Source: Synechococcus sp. (GTDB lineage Bacteria > Cyanobacteriota > Cyanobacteriia > PCC-6307 > Cyanobiaceae). From it: a DNA stretch of 64,000 nt. The stretch is from contig JBJBCN010000002.1 of the NCBI GenBank assembly GCA_047285805.1, positions 1,328,347 to 1,392,346 of the forward strand, written 5' to 3'. Made by a program: the position numbers and the translations under genes. Of the stretch, positions 8,987 to 18,447 are shown piece by piece. The notes under the pieces are model-generated. The model was not told the DNA's origin and made no database searches. It worked only from the letters and a program-made list of their open reading frames with translations. Each line of letters opens with the position of its first letter. The first letter of the stretch is position 1.

Positions 8987-9066
8987 AGCTCGGTCCTGGC
9001 CGCTGATCATTCGTAGGGCTGGTTACGTCAGTGGACTTGGCCCGTCTCTGTCAGTTCAGCGGCAAT

Positions 9067-9095
9067 AAAAAACCGCGGTGGCTTCTCCGCGGCTT
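9067..9095 (-). terminator. Intrinsic terminator
   Basis: CCGCGG-8nt-CCGCGG followed by T6 on the minus strand. Confidence 0.65.
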
Positions 9096-9213
9096 AGATC
9101 TCCCTACCCGGGACTCGTCCCAGATGTCGTCATGGTGCCGGCGGTGGGAGCCGCTTCAATAGGGACGCCTACTCATCTCTGGTAGAGGTATCGCAACCGG
9201 ATAGGCCATTCGA

Positions 9214-9312
9214 GAAGGTTTTGAAGGTTTTAAAGGTGCTGTCCGCACAGGCACGTGACTCAAGGCGAGTGATGCCCTTGGGGGAGGGGCCTTCAAAACC
9301 TTCAAAACCTTC
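9214..9312. repeat. Inverted iteron arrays (GAAGGTTTT), putative replication origin of E2
   Basis: gaaggtttt x2 + aaagg at 9214-9236; inverse ccttc + aaaaccttc x2 at 9290-9312; directly after the replicase stop. Confidence 0.7.
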
Positions 9313-9318
9313 AGTCAC

Positions 9319-10689
9319 TCAGCTACTCATTGCTTTGAGCACCTCCTCGACAGGGCGAAAGAGTGATGCGGGGGCACCTCCCCGCCTCCCGTTCGAGTCT
9401 CTGAACCCGTCCTCAACGATCAGATGTTTGCGCTCTAAAGCCAGGAGCGTCTCCCTGGCCTTTTGAGGAGCATTCACCTCAATCCCCAAGGCATTGCCTA
9501 AGTGAACCGCATCCATACCCCTCTTGGTGGAGAGGTAGTGATGACATAGGTCTTTGAGCGCCTTGTACTGACGATCTGTGAGGTCGTCGAGCACTCCCTG
9601 AATTGCAGCTTGCCTTGCAACCTCCTCGCCGGATCCATGAAGGATCCAGCCAGTGTTGGTTTGCTCTATCAAGAGGTCAATTGGAGCTGACTCGCGGCCC
9701 TCTGCCATCAGCTTGCTCCGCTTGTCTCGTTGAGCGAGCGGGTTGTCATCGCCGTCCCCAAGAGACGCGATAGCAAGGGTTTGGCTCACGGCTCCGGGCA
9801 GAGCGTTATTGCCTCGACTGGCCTCTGAGGCCCGCAATGCACCAGGCCGTTTTTTTGCGTGGTGGATCAACAGCAGCGTTGCCTCGTGGGGAGCAAGTGC
9901 TTCTGTCAGATCGATGCAGGGGTCAGCAAAGGAGGCATCGCACTCCTGCAGCCCAAGCCTGCTGGTGAGTGCGTGATAGCTGTCGAGCAAAACGATCAAC
10001 CCTGGGTAGCGGGTGCAGTAACCGGCAATTCGCTCGATGCCTTCCTCATCCATTGAAAGGGGCGCACCCTTATGGAAGAGGCTGACGATTGACGGGTGCA
10101 TGCTCCGGTCTGGGTAAAGCAGGCCGGCACGCTTGAGGCATATCGCCCAGTCCCGTTGAGGTTGGTCGCTGCCAACGATCAGGATTTTGGGGTCCGGCCA
10201 TGGATGCAGAGGCTGTCCCAAGAAGGACGTTTCACCACGGACCAGAGCGCCAAGGACGGCGCACATCAGCCGTGATTTGCCGACCTTTGGAGGGCCAACG
10301 AACAGGTTGCTCGTTGCCTTAAGCAGGACGTTCTCCCAGAGCCAAGGTGCTTCTTCGAAGGAAAGCTTTCCGCCTTGTGGGATGGGCTCAACGGCGCCCA
10401 TCAGCTTTCGCCGCTCTTGCCCAAGTAGGCGGCGCATTTCGTCGTCTCGGACGCGCGTCTGAAGTTCAGATGCGGTTCGGCGTAGGTGGATAAGCCGCTG
10501 ATGGCTGGGAATGGCCTCATCGCAAAGGAGATCCCGCGCCTTCCTCTGCAGGGTGCGTAGGTCCTCTGCTGCCGATGGCTTGCGTCGAGGGGTGGGGTCA
10601 ACGCGTTTGAGCTGACCCTGAACGCGTTGTTGCCGTTCCCTTTGATCAAACGCGTCTGAGTTGTCGAGATATGCAAGTGGATCGCTCAT
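9319..10689 (-). CDS. RepA/AAA_25-type ATPase, putative replicative helicase
   Basis: Walker A GPPKVGKS, Walker B IVLLDS, LLIHHAKK; GAGGAGG RBS and ATGA overlap support start 10689. Confidence 0.8.
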   Translation of the reverse strand: MSDPLAYLDNSDAFDQRERQQRVQGQLKRVDPTPRRKPSAAEDLRTLQRKARDLLCDEAIPSHQRLIHLRRTASELQTRVRDDEMRRLLGQERRKLMGAVEPIPQGGKLSFEEAPWLWENVLLKATSNLFVGPPKVGKSRLMCAVLGALVRGETSFLGQPLHPWPDPKILIVGSDQPQRDWAICLKRAGLLYPDRSMHPSIVSLFHKGAPLSMDEEGIERIAGYCTRYPGLIVLLDSYHALTSRLGLQECDASFADPCIDLTEALAPHEATLLLIHHAKKRPGALRASEASRGNNALPGAVSQTLAIASLGDGDDNPLAQRDKRSKLMAEGRESAPIDLLIEQTNTGWILHGSGEEVARQAAIQGVLDDLTDRQYKALKDLCHHYLSTKRGMDAVHLGNALGIEVNAPQKARETLLALERKHLIVEDGFRDSNGRRGGAPASLFRPVEEVLKAMSS

Positions 10690-10946
10690 CTCGACCTCCT
10701 CGCCCACCGGGCCATTCGGAGGCAGCCGATCGGGTCTTGGCGCTCCAGAAGCGTTGCTGCTCGGTCGTAATCCGCTGAAGACCAGGTTTGTTCGCTGGTG
10801 AGACGCAGCAGCTTGCCGGTCAGATCAACGGAGTCCAGAGGCCGCGAAAAATCTCCGTAATGCCGCCAGCGGTAGCGCTTAGCGACAATTAGGTTGTCGT
10901 TAGACATTTCTTCGCGACCCCCAGCGCCAACTGGGGGTTTTTTCAT
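10686..10946 (-). CDS. Hypothetical protein
   Basis: ATGA-coupled to both neighbours. Confidence 0.6.
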   Translation of the reverse strand: MKKPPVGAGGREEMSNDNLIVAKRYRWRHYGDFSRPLDSVDLTGKLLRLTSEQTWSSADYDRAATLLERQDPIGCLRMARWARRSR

Positions 10947-11206
10947 GCCCGAACCTGCACGAGGGGCTGGTGCAGACCGAAGGTTTCTACTGAAGAAGCA
11001 GGCATACGCCGAAAACCTGTAAAGGCGGCTTCAGTGGTGGCGATATTCCACTGGAGTGATCCTGCTGTTGTCATTCCAGACCATCGGTAGTGACTTCCCT
11101 CGACAAATGGGCTGCGCCCATCACGACGCAGCTTCAACAGCGTCTGCCTGTGAATACCAAGGTGGTCAGCCATTACGGCCGAACTCACCCAACTTTGAAT
11201 TTTCAT
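10943..11206 (-). CDS. Excisionase-like HTH DNA-binding protein
   Basis: MADHLGIHRQTLLKLRR...PFVEGSHY; homolog of 13529-13798. Confidence 0.72.
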   Translation of the reverse strand: MKIQSWVSSAVMADHLGIHRQTLLKLRRDGRSPFVEGSHYRWSGMTTAGSLQWNIATTEAAFTGFRRMPASSVETFGLHQPLVQVRA

Positions 11207-11214
11207 TGGGGGGG

Positions 11215-11433
11215 CTAGATAGACCCCTTCGCCCGTAGAGCAAGCTGAAATGCCGGAACGGTCAGGAATTTCCTGAGAAGAGGATGCTCCTCTAAGGGGG
11301 GGTACAACCTGGTAGTGCGCTCCAACAGCTCAAGCGTCTGCATAAACCTTGTTGGAGTCCAACCTTTCGGAATCCGAATGGTCTGACCTCCAACGTGCAC
11401 TGCATTGACGCGTTGCTTCTGCTTGCCCGCCAT
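11215..11433 (-). CDS. Hypothetical protein
   Basis: 72-aa ATG ORF heading the xis-rep operon. Confidence 0.45.
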   Translation of the reverse strand: MAGKQKQRVNAVHVGGQTIRIPKGWTPTRFMQTLELLERTTRLYPPLEEHPLLRKFLTVPAFQLALRAKGSI

Positions 11434-11584
11434 AGCGAAGGGGAATGAACAGATGCCTCGCGCCCAACGGACTCATATCGGTCCATCGTGTTGAGCCTGT
11501 GCGATTTAGGAACGCCGGTGCAGAGCAGCTGCGTTCAGCAGGCTCACGATAACGGCTGTTTTCGATCGTGAAGCCAAGAGATCC

Positions 11585-11608
11585 TTTATCCGGAGATTTA
11601 TCCGGAGA
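11585..11608 (+). repeat. Perfect tandem TTTATCCGGAGA x2, right arm site of E2
   Basis: Ends 51 nt before the att core; matches 2267-2290. Confidence 0.78.
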
Positions 11609-11659
11609 CAGACCGAACGCGATCGCAACGCGCGCCAGAACTATTGCCACACAATTAAA

Positions 11660-11697
11660 AAGGGGCCTTCCAGCCCCCATGGATCATTTGGTTGATA
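11660..11697 (-). repeat. att core: copy of the tmRNA 3' end (E2/E3 junction)
   Basis: 37/38 identical to 21006-21043. Confidence 0.9.
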
Positions 11698-11810
11698 GGC
11701 ATGATCCACAGGATTACGGAAGGAGTGGCCGCAAGCGATTTCGCCGTAAAGCCAGTCAGAGACTAATCCCAAAGACAGTCCTTGACAGTCGTAGGCGGTC
11801 AGACAAAACT

Positions 11811-11838
11811 AATTTGTCGGAAATTTGTCGGAAATTTG
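11811..11838 (+). repeat. Tandem 11-bp repeat AATTTGTCGGA x2 plus a partial copy, left arm site of E3
   Basis: Core TTTGTCGGAA also at 20928-20951. Confidence 0.75.
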
Positions 11839-11859
11839 CCCAGGCGGAACCTGTCCTCC

Positions 11860-13149
11860 ATGCCCCTGTGGGAGATGCGCCTGGTCTCCATTGCGGCCAA
11901 GTGGCCGGGATGGAGCATCACCAATGACAAGGGCTACGTCTGCGTTCGATACCGCGTAGCTGGGCAGCCAAGGCAACAAGTCAACCTGCCGAAGCTCCGG
12001 TACCGCGAAGAGGACGAAGTTGCGGCCATCACCATGGCCAGGCAGCTCTTCAAGGTTTGGGACAAGGCAGGAGGGGGGCTATCGCTGAAAGCAGCCTTAA
12101 TTGAGGTCAAGGGCTCCTGCGATTCAGAGGGGTCGGCACAGGTCGTCACCTGGGGGCAGATCGTTGAGGCCATGCGCGAGGCAAAGGTCGAGAACGGCCG
12201 CAAGATCCAGCCCCAAACCTGGAAGACCAACTGGGCGCCGATCCTCAACCAAGCAGTGAGAGTTCTCAGCAGGAAGAACGCGCCGGCTGATGGCTACGAG
12301 TTGCTCAAGGCCGTTCAGAAGCATTGGAGCCACGCCCCCGCCACTCAGCGCGAGTGCGCCCGATACCTCAGTCGCTGGATGGAATTTGCAGAGCGGCGAT
12401 ACAAGGTCCCGCGGAGCTGGTTGATAACCGAGGCCGACAGGCAGGAGCTGGCGCCCCGAGCGCCCAAGCGAAGGAAGAAGGCCGTCCTGGAAGACGTTGA
12501 GATCTTGGAGTTCGTCGAACTGGTCGAGGCCCACAGCCCAGCCTGGTCGAACGTCTTCCGCCTGTGCGCGCAATACGGGTTACGACCGACTGAACTGCAG
12601 TACCTGTCAATCGTTAAGGACCCGATCACAGGCCAGCGGACGTTCTGGTGTTCGTACGAAAAAGACGCCGGCGGTGAGGCAAGTACAGAGCCTCGGTACC
12701 TGCGGGCCATGTACTTGCGGGACGCTGACGACAGGCCGGTGCAGTGGCCACTGATCGATGCGTGGGAGGCAGGAACACTGGCTCTTCCTCAGGACAGGAA
12801 CGGCGGGCTACGCAAGCTGAGCGGTTCTGCTGTGAATACCTACCTGGCGCGCCAGGGCAAAGACGGCGGCCCTGCCAGTGCGGTTCAACGATGGTGGAAG
12901 GCCAAGGTCGCCGAGTACGCATCAAAGCCCCAGCCCGAGTGGCTGAGGGCTTATTCGTTTCGGGACAGCTACAGCGTCAGGTGCCATCGCGAGGGCCTTC
13001 CGCTGGATGTGATTGTCAATGCGATGGGCCATTCCCACCAGGTCCATCAGCAGAGCTACCGAACCGTCACGAACTCAATCGTGGCCCGGGCTTTCGAATC
13101 TTGTGCCACAGATTTGCGGCTCCCGTCTACACCAGATACGGAGGACTGA
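11860..13149 (+). CDS. Tyrosine integrase of E3
   Basis: YGLRPTEL, RAYSFRDSY, AMGHS...Y; RRKKAVL motif shared with the E2 integrase. Confidence 0.88.
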   Translation: MPLWEMRLVSIAAKWPGWSITNDKGYVCVRYRVAGQPRQQVNLPKLRYREEDEVAAITMARQLFKVWDKAGGGLSLKAALIEVKGSCDSEGSAQVVTWGQIVEAMREAKVENGRKIQPQTWKTNWAPILNQAVRVLSRKNAPADGYELLKAVQKHWSHAPATQRECARYLSRWMEFAERRYKVPRSWLITEADRQELAPRAPKRRKKAVLEDVEILEFVELVEAHSPAWSNVFRLCAQYGLRPTELQYLSIVKDPITGQRTFWCSYEKDAGGEASTEPRYLRAMYLRDADDRPVQWPLIDAWEAGTLALPQDRNGGLRKLSGSAVNTYLARQGKDGGPASAVQRWWKAKVAEYASKPQPEWLRAYSFRDSYSVRCHREGLPLDVIVNAMGHSHQVHQQSYRTVTNSIVARAFESCATDLRLPSTPDTED

Positions 13150-13254
13150 CTGTCGAAAATGGCGTCAAACCGCCACAAATGGTGTACGTTGGCGATGAAC
13201 TCGGAGCAGCCGTCGGCGCACGGACCGAGTCTTGATTAACCCAAGTCTTCAAGC

Positions 13255-13578
13255 GTGCCTGTCACCGAGGGGCAAATCCTCCAGATGGTGCGAAGCACTG
13301 AGAGGCAGCAACTTCCTAGCTGGCTCGAAGTTCGCCGCAGCAAGTTTCAACGCTTCGTGGTCAACATGACCCGTAGCGGTGCGGTGCCGATTAGCGACTG
13401 CAGCCGTATGACCGTCAAACTAGGCGGAGAGCTGCTGAGCCCTGAGCAACGCGGACGGTTCTGGAAATTTGCCCAGAAGTGGCAAGACCATTTGCTGAAA
13501 GACGCGGGAGGCCAAAAGGAGGGTCGCAATGTCTATTGCGTCACCAACAACAGAGCCAGCCTTCGCGACAACAAGTGA
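13255..13578 (+). CDS. Hypothetical protein
   Basis: 107-aa ORF between the integrase and the xis-like gene. Confidence 0.5.
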   Translation: MPVTEGQILQMVRSTERQQLPSWLEVRRSKFQRFVVNMTRSGAVPISDCSRMTVKLGGELLSPEQRGRFWKFAQKWQDHLLKDAGGQKEGRNVYCVTNNRASLRDNK

Positions 13579-13798
13579 TGTCGCCGAAGCGGCCCAGCTT
13601 CACAAAGAGACGCTGCTCAAATTGCGGCGCTTAGGGCCCGAGGGCCCGTTCAAACTTGGACGCGATTACGTCCACCTGGGTAGTGGCAACCGCCGACTCG
13701 GGTGGAACAAGAGCCAGGCGCTGAAAAGCCTCTGGAGTTTCAACCGGCAGAGCTGGAGAGAGGTGGAAACCTTCTCCGGTTCGCGGAACCCGCGCTGA
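13529..13798 (+). CDS. Excisionase-like HTH DNA-binding protein
   Basis: AGGAGG RBS; HKETLLKLRR...PFKLGRDY...VETF aligns with 10943-11206. Confidence 0.72.
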   Translation: MSIASPTTEPAFATTSDVAEAAQLHKETLLKLRRLGPEGPFKLGRDYVHLGSGNRRLGWNKSQALKSLWSFNRQSWREVETFSGSRNPR

Positions 13799-13814
13799 GC
13801 AGAGGGCGACTCTG

Positions 13815-15788
13815 ATGCTCAATAAACAAGCGCGCCAACAATGGCGCGAGGACGTTCATCGTCTGAACGGGTTTCCACTCCTGCCTTGTGGCGGGGGTGC
13901 AAGTGGGAAGGCCCCACTAATCAAGAGCTGGCCAACAGCTAGCTGCAGCCCTGAAGAGGTGCTGGCGACACCCGGACTCCGCAGTGTCGGCATCCGCCTT
14001 GGGCCCGATGCCGGAGGGCTGGTCTGCATCGACTACGACGGCGCATCAGCCGTTGATTACGCCGCCGGCTTTGGCCATGACGCAAGGGAACTTACGTCCT
14101 GGGTCATTGGCCGCGACAGCGATGCGGATCGGTTCAAGGCCGTCTACCGCGTGGGCGAGAACGACTGGGGGGCACTCCCTGGGAAGACCGTCCACAGCAC
14201 CGGTCCCGGCGAGCAAGTCGAGGTCTTCTTCAAAAGCGGACAGGTCATCGTCTTGGGCGAGCACGTCCCAAGTGGCGGCCATTACCGCTGGCTTCACGGA
14301 GGGCCTGAGTCAATCGAACCCCTCCCCCGTGAGTTGGCTGAAATGTGGTTTGCGGCCATCGCCAGCAGCCCTAGCTCAACCGCCCGCGGGGGGCGCGGCG
14401 AATGGCGGGATTGTGTGCCCTGCACGATTTGCGGCAGGACCGAACCCGACTGTCGAATCAGCGGCGACGGGCGAACGATTGCTTGCCACCGGGGCATCAG
14501 GTGGACCCCTCCATTCCTGAAGCCTGGGGAGACGATCAAACGAGGCGACACCTCCTGGGCCTACTGCGGCGAGACCCAGACAGCGGTGGGGGCAGCGGCG
14601 CTCTTCAAAATCGACGAAACGCAAGTGCCATTGCGAAAGAAGCCGATGGTCCCTCCAAGTGAGGGGCTTCGGCTGATGAGTCAGGAACTGCATGGTGTCC
14701 CACGCCTCAATGTGCGGACGCGCGCAATCCACGTCGAAGACCAGGTGTTCACCGCTGAACAAGCGGCAAACGTTTACCTCGGCCTGTCGCAACGGGGGCG
14801 GTACTGCTGGCCCAAGCAACTAGCCGTCGATTGCCTAACGGCATTGGCCTCCAAAAACGAGTTCGACCCCGTCCGGGACTATCTCGACTCGATCAGAGCG
14901 GAGCCGCTGCCAATGGAGCAGTGGGACCGTTTGGACAGGTTGCTCTTCGGAACCGACGACACCATCACCGCGGCATTCTTCAAGCGGTACTTGGTTAGCG
15001 CGGTTCAAAGGGTCTTCGAACCCGGGTGCCCGCAAAGGATCTTGCCCGTTTTGGTCGGGCCACAAGCCATCGGGAAAACCACCCTGGGCAGTGCACTATT
15101 CGGCGTTGAGTTCTACGGCGATGCCGTCAGCGGCAACGCAAAGCTCGACGTTGATGACATCACCTCGATGGGTCTGACGTGGGCCACCGAGCTGGCCGAG
15201 CTAGACGGCCTTACTCGGAAGGCTCAAACGGCGTCGCTGAAAGCCTTCGTCTCTCGCACTCACGACCTCATCAGGAGGAAGTACCACCACGGTTCGGAGC
15301 GGGTGCCCCGGCGCAGTGTGTTGTTTGGCACTAGCAACCAGTGGCCGCTGAATGACCCAACAGGGTCAACGCGGTTCTGCCTGATCTCGCTGGGCAAAAA
15401 ACCACTCCCCTTCAACGAAGTCGCTCAGCTGCGCGACAACATTTGGGCGAGGGCTTTGGTCCAGTACCGCGACGGCTACCAGCCATTTCCAACCGCTCAA
15501 GAGGCCAAGGAAATTGCTGAACGCAATGCCTGTTACGACCCTGAGGATCCGCTTGAAGGCAAGCTCAGGCGCCTAGTCGAGCGAAAGGCGAGCGCGCCAT
15601 ACATCACGTTGGACGAAGTGCTCGATTTCATCGGCGCAGATCCAACAGGCTCGCCACAACTAAGCGCACGGCTCAATGTCGTTATGGCGCAACTGGGCTG
15701 GGACAAAAAGCGCCTCAGGTTCAACGGGCAAGGAAAAGTCTCTGCGTACTGGCCTGCGGCCAGGGAGGGCAGGGATGAAAGCGCATAA
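13815..15788 (+). CDS. Prim-Pol primase/polymerase fused to a VirE/VapE-like ATPase
   Basis: N-terminal GKAPL..W, GIRLG...CIDYD, H..G..Y.W; CxxC motif; Walker A GPQAIGKT; FDPVRDYL, DPTGSTRF. Confidence 0.85.
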   Translation: MLNKQARQQWREDVHRLNGFPLLPCGGGASGKAPLIKSWPTASCSPEEVLATPGLRSVGIRLGPDAGGLVCIDYDGASAVDYAAGFGHDARELTSWVIGRDSDADRFKAVYRVGENDWGALPGKTVHSTGPGEQVEVFFKSGQVIVLGEHVPSGGHYRWLHGGPESIEPLPRELAEMWFAAIASSPSSTARGGRGEWRDCVPCTICGRTEPDCRISGDGRTIACHRGIRWTPPFLKPGETIKRGDTSWAYCGETQTAVGAAALFKIDETQVPLRKKPMVPPSEGLRLMSQELHGVPRLNVRTRAIHVEDQVFTAEQAANVYLGLSQRGRYCWPKQLAVDCLTALASKNEFDPVRDYLDSIRAEPLPMEQWDRLDRLLFGTDDTITAAFFKRYLVSAVQRVFEPGCPQRILPVLVGPQAIGKTTLGSALFGVEFYGDAVSGNAKLDVDDITSMGLTWATELAELDGLTRKAQTASLKAFVSRTHDLIRRKYHHGSERVPRRSVLFGTSNQWPLNDPTGSTRFCLISLGKKPLPFNEVAQLRDNIWARALVQYRDGYQPFPTAQEAKEIAERNACYDPEDPLEGKLRRLVERKASAPYITLDEVLDFIGADPTGSPQLSARLNVVMAQLGWDKKRLRFNGQGKVSAYWPAAREGRDESA

Positions 15789-15879
15789 CTCCCCTTATTA
15801 CCTACCCCCTCTCTCTCCAGTTATGGAAAAAACCCCTGACCACCCCGCCCACTCATCCACCAACCCCCTGAACTCCACC

Positions 15880-16329
15880 ATGTCTCAGACAAAGCAACTC
15901 CCCGAAGGCATCCAATTCAGCGACGTCTACATCACTGACACAGTCAGTCAGCCAGCCCGTAAAGGACTGATCGACTCCAGTCAGCTATTGAAGTCTGATT
16001 GCCACTATCTAAAGCTCTGGAGCGAAGCGGAAGTAATCAGCGAACAGGCCCTCTACGACTGGCAGGTTGAAATCAACAACTGGCAGATCGACATTGAAGA
16101 CAAGGTCCGCCACAACGGAGGAATACCTCACGGATGCATTAGGGACGGGAACGGAAAGTTCCTCTACATGTGCGAACCGATCTGGGTGATCGGCAAGGGT
16201 GGTGACTACTGGTTCACCGTCTTCAACAACACGCCAGAGACAATGGCCTTCACCTCCCTGCGCGATGCCTGCATGTTCGTGCAGGGCTGGAAGCTCAAAA
16301 CGCACGGACCAGACTCAGAGATGGGCTAA
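15880..16329 (+). CDS. Hypothetical protein (start uncertain; 15775 possible)
   Basis: Open frame with gene-like codon use, ends just before a terminator. Confidence 0.6.
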   Translation: MSQTKQLPEGIQFSDVYITDTVSQPARKGLIDSSQLLKSDCHYLKLWSEAEVISEQALYDWQVEINNWQIDIEDKVRHNGGIPHGCIRDGNGKFLYMCEPIWVIGKGGDYWFTVFNNTPETMAFTSLRDACMFVQGWKLKTHGPDSEMG

Positions 16330-16336
16330 ACGTTCT

Positions 16337-16367
16337 GCCCCCGGGGTCTGACCTCGGGGGCTTTTTT
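16337..16367 (+). terminator. Intrinsic terminator
   Basis: GCCCCCGGGG...CCTCGGGGGC followed by T6. Confidence 0.8.
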
Positions 16368-16417
16368 GTGACGTAACCAGCCTTACGGGCCATGCTGGGC
16401 TGAGCCGCCTTCATGTC

Positions 16418-17056
16418 GTGCTTCGCCTTCTCGTAGCCCTTGCCGCCCTCAGCGCAGGGACAGCCTTGGCCCAGGGGCAGGTCGACCCCGCCATTCACAA
16501 GCTCTGCATTGAGGCGAAGGACTATGCAGGCTGCGTCAGAGCAATGAAAGGCGAGCCAGCTCCCACCACTCGCATCATCAATTCAGCAGGTGCTGAAGTG
16601 GCGGAAGGTAATCAATGCCCTGCATCTATGGCTTACAGGGGTGGGGGTAATTGCCAGGAAGTCATCTGTGCTGACCATGGGATGTGGTTCGTTGGGCCTC
16701 ATAACCCGCTGCTTGCCGGTAAGACATGGAAATGCACTGGAGGCGGGATTGGCAGCCCAGGGAGATTGGCTTGGGGTGCGACCACCGCAAGAGCTTCTCA
16801 GAATCCAAACTGCCCCGCTGGTGAAATAGAGATTGGATACAACAGCACTTGCGACAAACCTCCATTTGGATGGGAAAGCCCTGCTGCCAAGGCTGCACGC
16901 GAAGAAAGGGAAGGCCCTAAGTGCGACTTCAAGCTCAAGGCATACAAGTGCAGCTACAACGCGTACCTCGATGCCAACCCAGGCATGAAGAAATGGGCTG
17001 AACTAAACCCGGAACTTGCCCAAAAAGAAAGGCTCAAGCTGCAGTCAGTTGACTAA
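16418..17056 (+). CDS. Secreted cysteine-rich hypothetical protein
   Basis: Signal peptide ending ALA-Q; many Cys; HKLCIEAKDYAGCVRAM motif. Confidence 0.72.
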   Translation: MLRLLVALAALSAGTALAQGQVDPAIHKLCIEAKDYAGCVRAMKGEPAPTTRIINSAGAEVAEGNQCPASMAYRGGGNCQEVICADHGMWFVGPHNPLLAGKTWKCTGGGIGSPGRLAWGATTARASQNPNCPAGEIEIGYNSTCDKPPFGWESPAAKAAREEREGPKCDFKLKAYKCSYNAYLDANPGMKKWAELNPELAQKERLKLQSVD

Positions 17057-17126
17057 CCACCAAGCAATCTCTCTGCAACTTGCCCAGTAGTTACGCAAGG
17101 CTGATTACGACCGACCAAGCCTGCCG

Positions 17127-17651
17127 CTAAGGAGTGCTCTTCTCTTTCCAGTCCGTAATAGGCGGGTTGGCATAAGGATTGTTGTTCCTTCCATAGCTAT
17201 TATCCCGACCGTGAGTCTCCTGAGGCCCTTGACTCGCAGGAAGTCGATAGTTAGGTATGGGTTGAGCGACCTGCTTCTTCCAGCGGAAGAATGCTCTTAA
17301 GAATTCGTTTTGCGCGACTGGATTGGCAAACAGAAAAAGAGCCACCCTGGGCTCACCACTCGAGGAAACATATCGGAGATAATTATAATACTCGTTACCG
17401 TCTATATCGTACTTAAATCCTAGATACTGATTCGATTGAATGCCACCTTGACCTTCGACCCACATCCCCGGACCCTGAAAACGTATTCTGCATTGATTCT
17501 TGAGTTTTCGGCACCAGGCGTCGTGGTAACTCTTAGGCCCTTCATTAAAGGCACCCAAGGGAAAGTCTGCATCACCAAAATCAGCAAACGCTGCTCCGGG
17601 TAACGCAACGGCTGAGGCCAAGCAAAGCTTTGCAAGGAATCCCTTTATCAC
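17127..17651 (-). CDS. Secreted hypothetical protein (cassette gene B')
   Basis: AFADFGDADFP...YHDAWCR...NNNPYANPPITDWKEK shared with 6449-6976. Confidence 0.8.
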   Translation of the reverse strand: MIKGFLAKLCLASAVALPGAAFADFGDADFPLGAFNEGPKSYHDAWCRKLKNQCRIRFQGPGMWVEGQGGIQSNQYLGFKYDIDGNEYYNYLRYVSSSGEPRVALFLFANPVAQNEFLRAFFRWKKQVAQPIPNYRLPASQGPQETHGRDNSYGRNNNPYANPPITDWKEKSTP

Positions 17652-17725
17652 TTACTGCTCTCCATTCATGCAAATCTCCACATTTGCCATAGCCGCATGG
17701 GGACATTGAAGACCACTCTGCACTT

Positions 17726-18040
17726 TCATCTTGCCCCTTCAAAGCATTCGAATCCTCTGTACTCAAGAGGTTGGTCTAAGTAGGTAGGGATTCTGCTGGA
17801 TGCCATCCATTTCGCCCCTTGCTCCTCGCACTGGTCAAGCGACTTCATTGGAAGACTCACAATTCCATTGCCTCTTAAAGACTTCCCAAGCGTGAGTACA
17901 AGATACGTAGGTGAGTCGGGTCTAGCTTCCACAGGCAACTCCTCAACAGTTGTGACAGGTTCCAGCGGTTGCAGTTCTTGTGATACTGCAGGTAATGAGG
18001 CTGTTATGACTGCGATTGATCCAATTACAAGCTTGCGCAT
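17726..18040 (-). CDS. Small secreted hypothetical protein (cassette gene A')
   Basis: MRKL signal peptide; QCEEQGAKW and GFECFEG as in 6165-6452. Confidence 0.75.
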   Translation of the reverse strand: MRKLVIGSIAVITASLPAVSQELQPLEPVTTVEELPVEARPDSPTYLVLTLGKSLRGNGIVSLPMKSLDQCEEQGAKWMASSRIPTYLDQPLEYRGFECFEGAR

Positions 18041-18090
18041 GTTGGGAACCTGGCTGCCCTCCATGTTGCCCTAGCACACCGCAACGGTAA

Positions 18091-18447
18091 TTACGACCAA
18101 CGCTGGTGGCGGACGTGGCTGTTCACGCCCAGGCCACACAAGGCATCTAGCTCTCTGCAAGCGCCGACAACAGCGCCAGGGTTTCGCTGTTTGAGCGCGA
18201 CCCCTACGGCCGCCTGGAGCTGGGAGACGCACCAGGCCAAAAGCTGTCGTCGATCACAGCCAGCGCCTTCCACGTCGGCCTCTATCTGCGCCCAGGCTTT
18301 CTGGATCAGCCGATAGCCCTGGCTTCGTGAGACCCCCCACTGTTGTCGCGCAAAAGCGACACAAGAGGAGTTGCTGGTCCCTTCCAGGATCAGTCGCTGC
18401 AGCTCGTCGACTCGGTCTCTGGTGACTGAGGCGGTCGCTCGAGGCGT
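18091..18447 (-). CDS. HTH protein resembling a cyanophage terminase small subunit (start codon unclear; ACG at 18447)
   Basis: RVDELQRLILEG...FARQQWGVSRSQGYRLIQKA pattern, recalled as similar to the small genes preceding terL in cyanophages. Confidence 0.5.
   Translation of the reverse strand, partial: TPRATASVTRDRVDELQRLILEGTSNSSCVAFARQQWGVSRSQGYRLIQKAWAQIEADVEGAGCDRRQLLAWCVSQLQAAVGVALKQRNPGAVVGACRELDALCGLGVNSHVRHQRWS

Larger units (their letters stand above)
2125..11697. mobile_element. Element E2, tycheposon/satellite-like integrative element (9535 bp att-to-att)
   Basis: Flanked by direct att copies; integrase, excisionase-like gene, AAA replicase, iteron array, matching terminal repeats. 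Confidence 0.85.

Noticed and set aside
11774..11790. GACAGTC x2, with an inverse copy at 13148, as Xis sites
   Set aside because: Only 7 bp; cannot be distinguished from chance without comparative data
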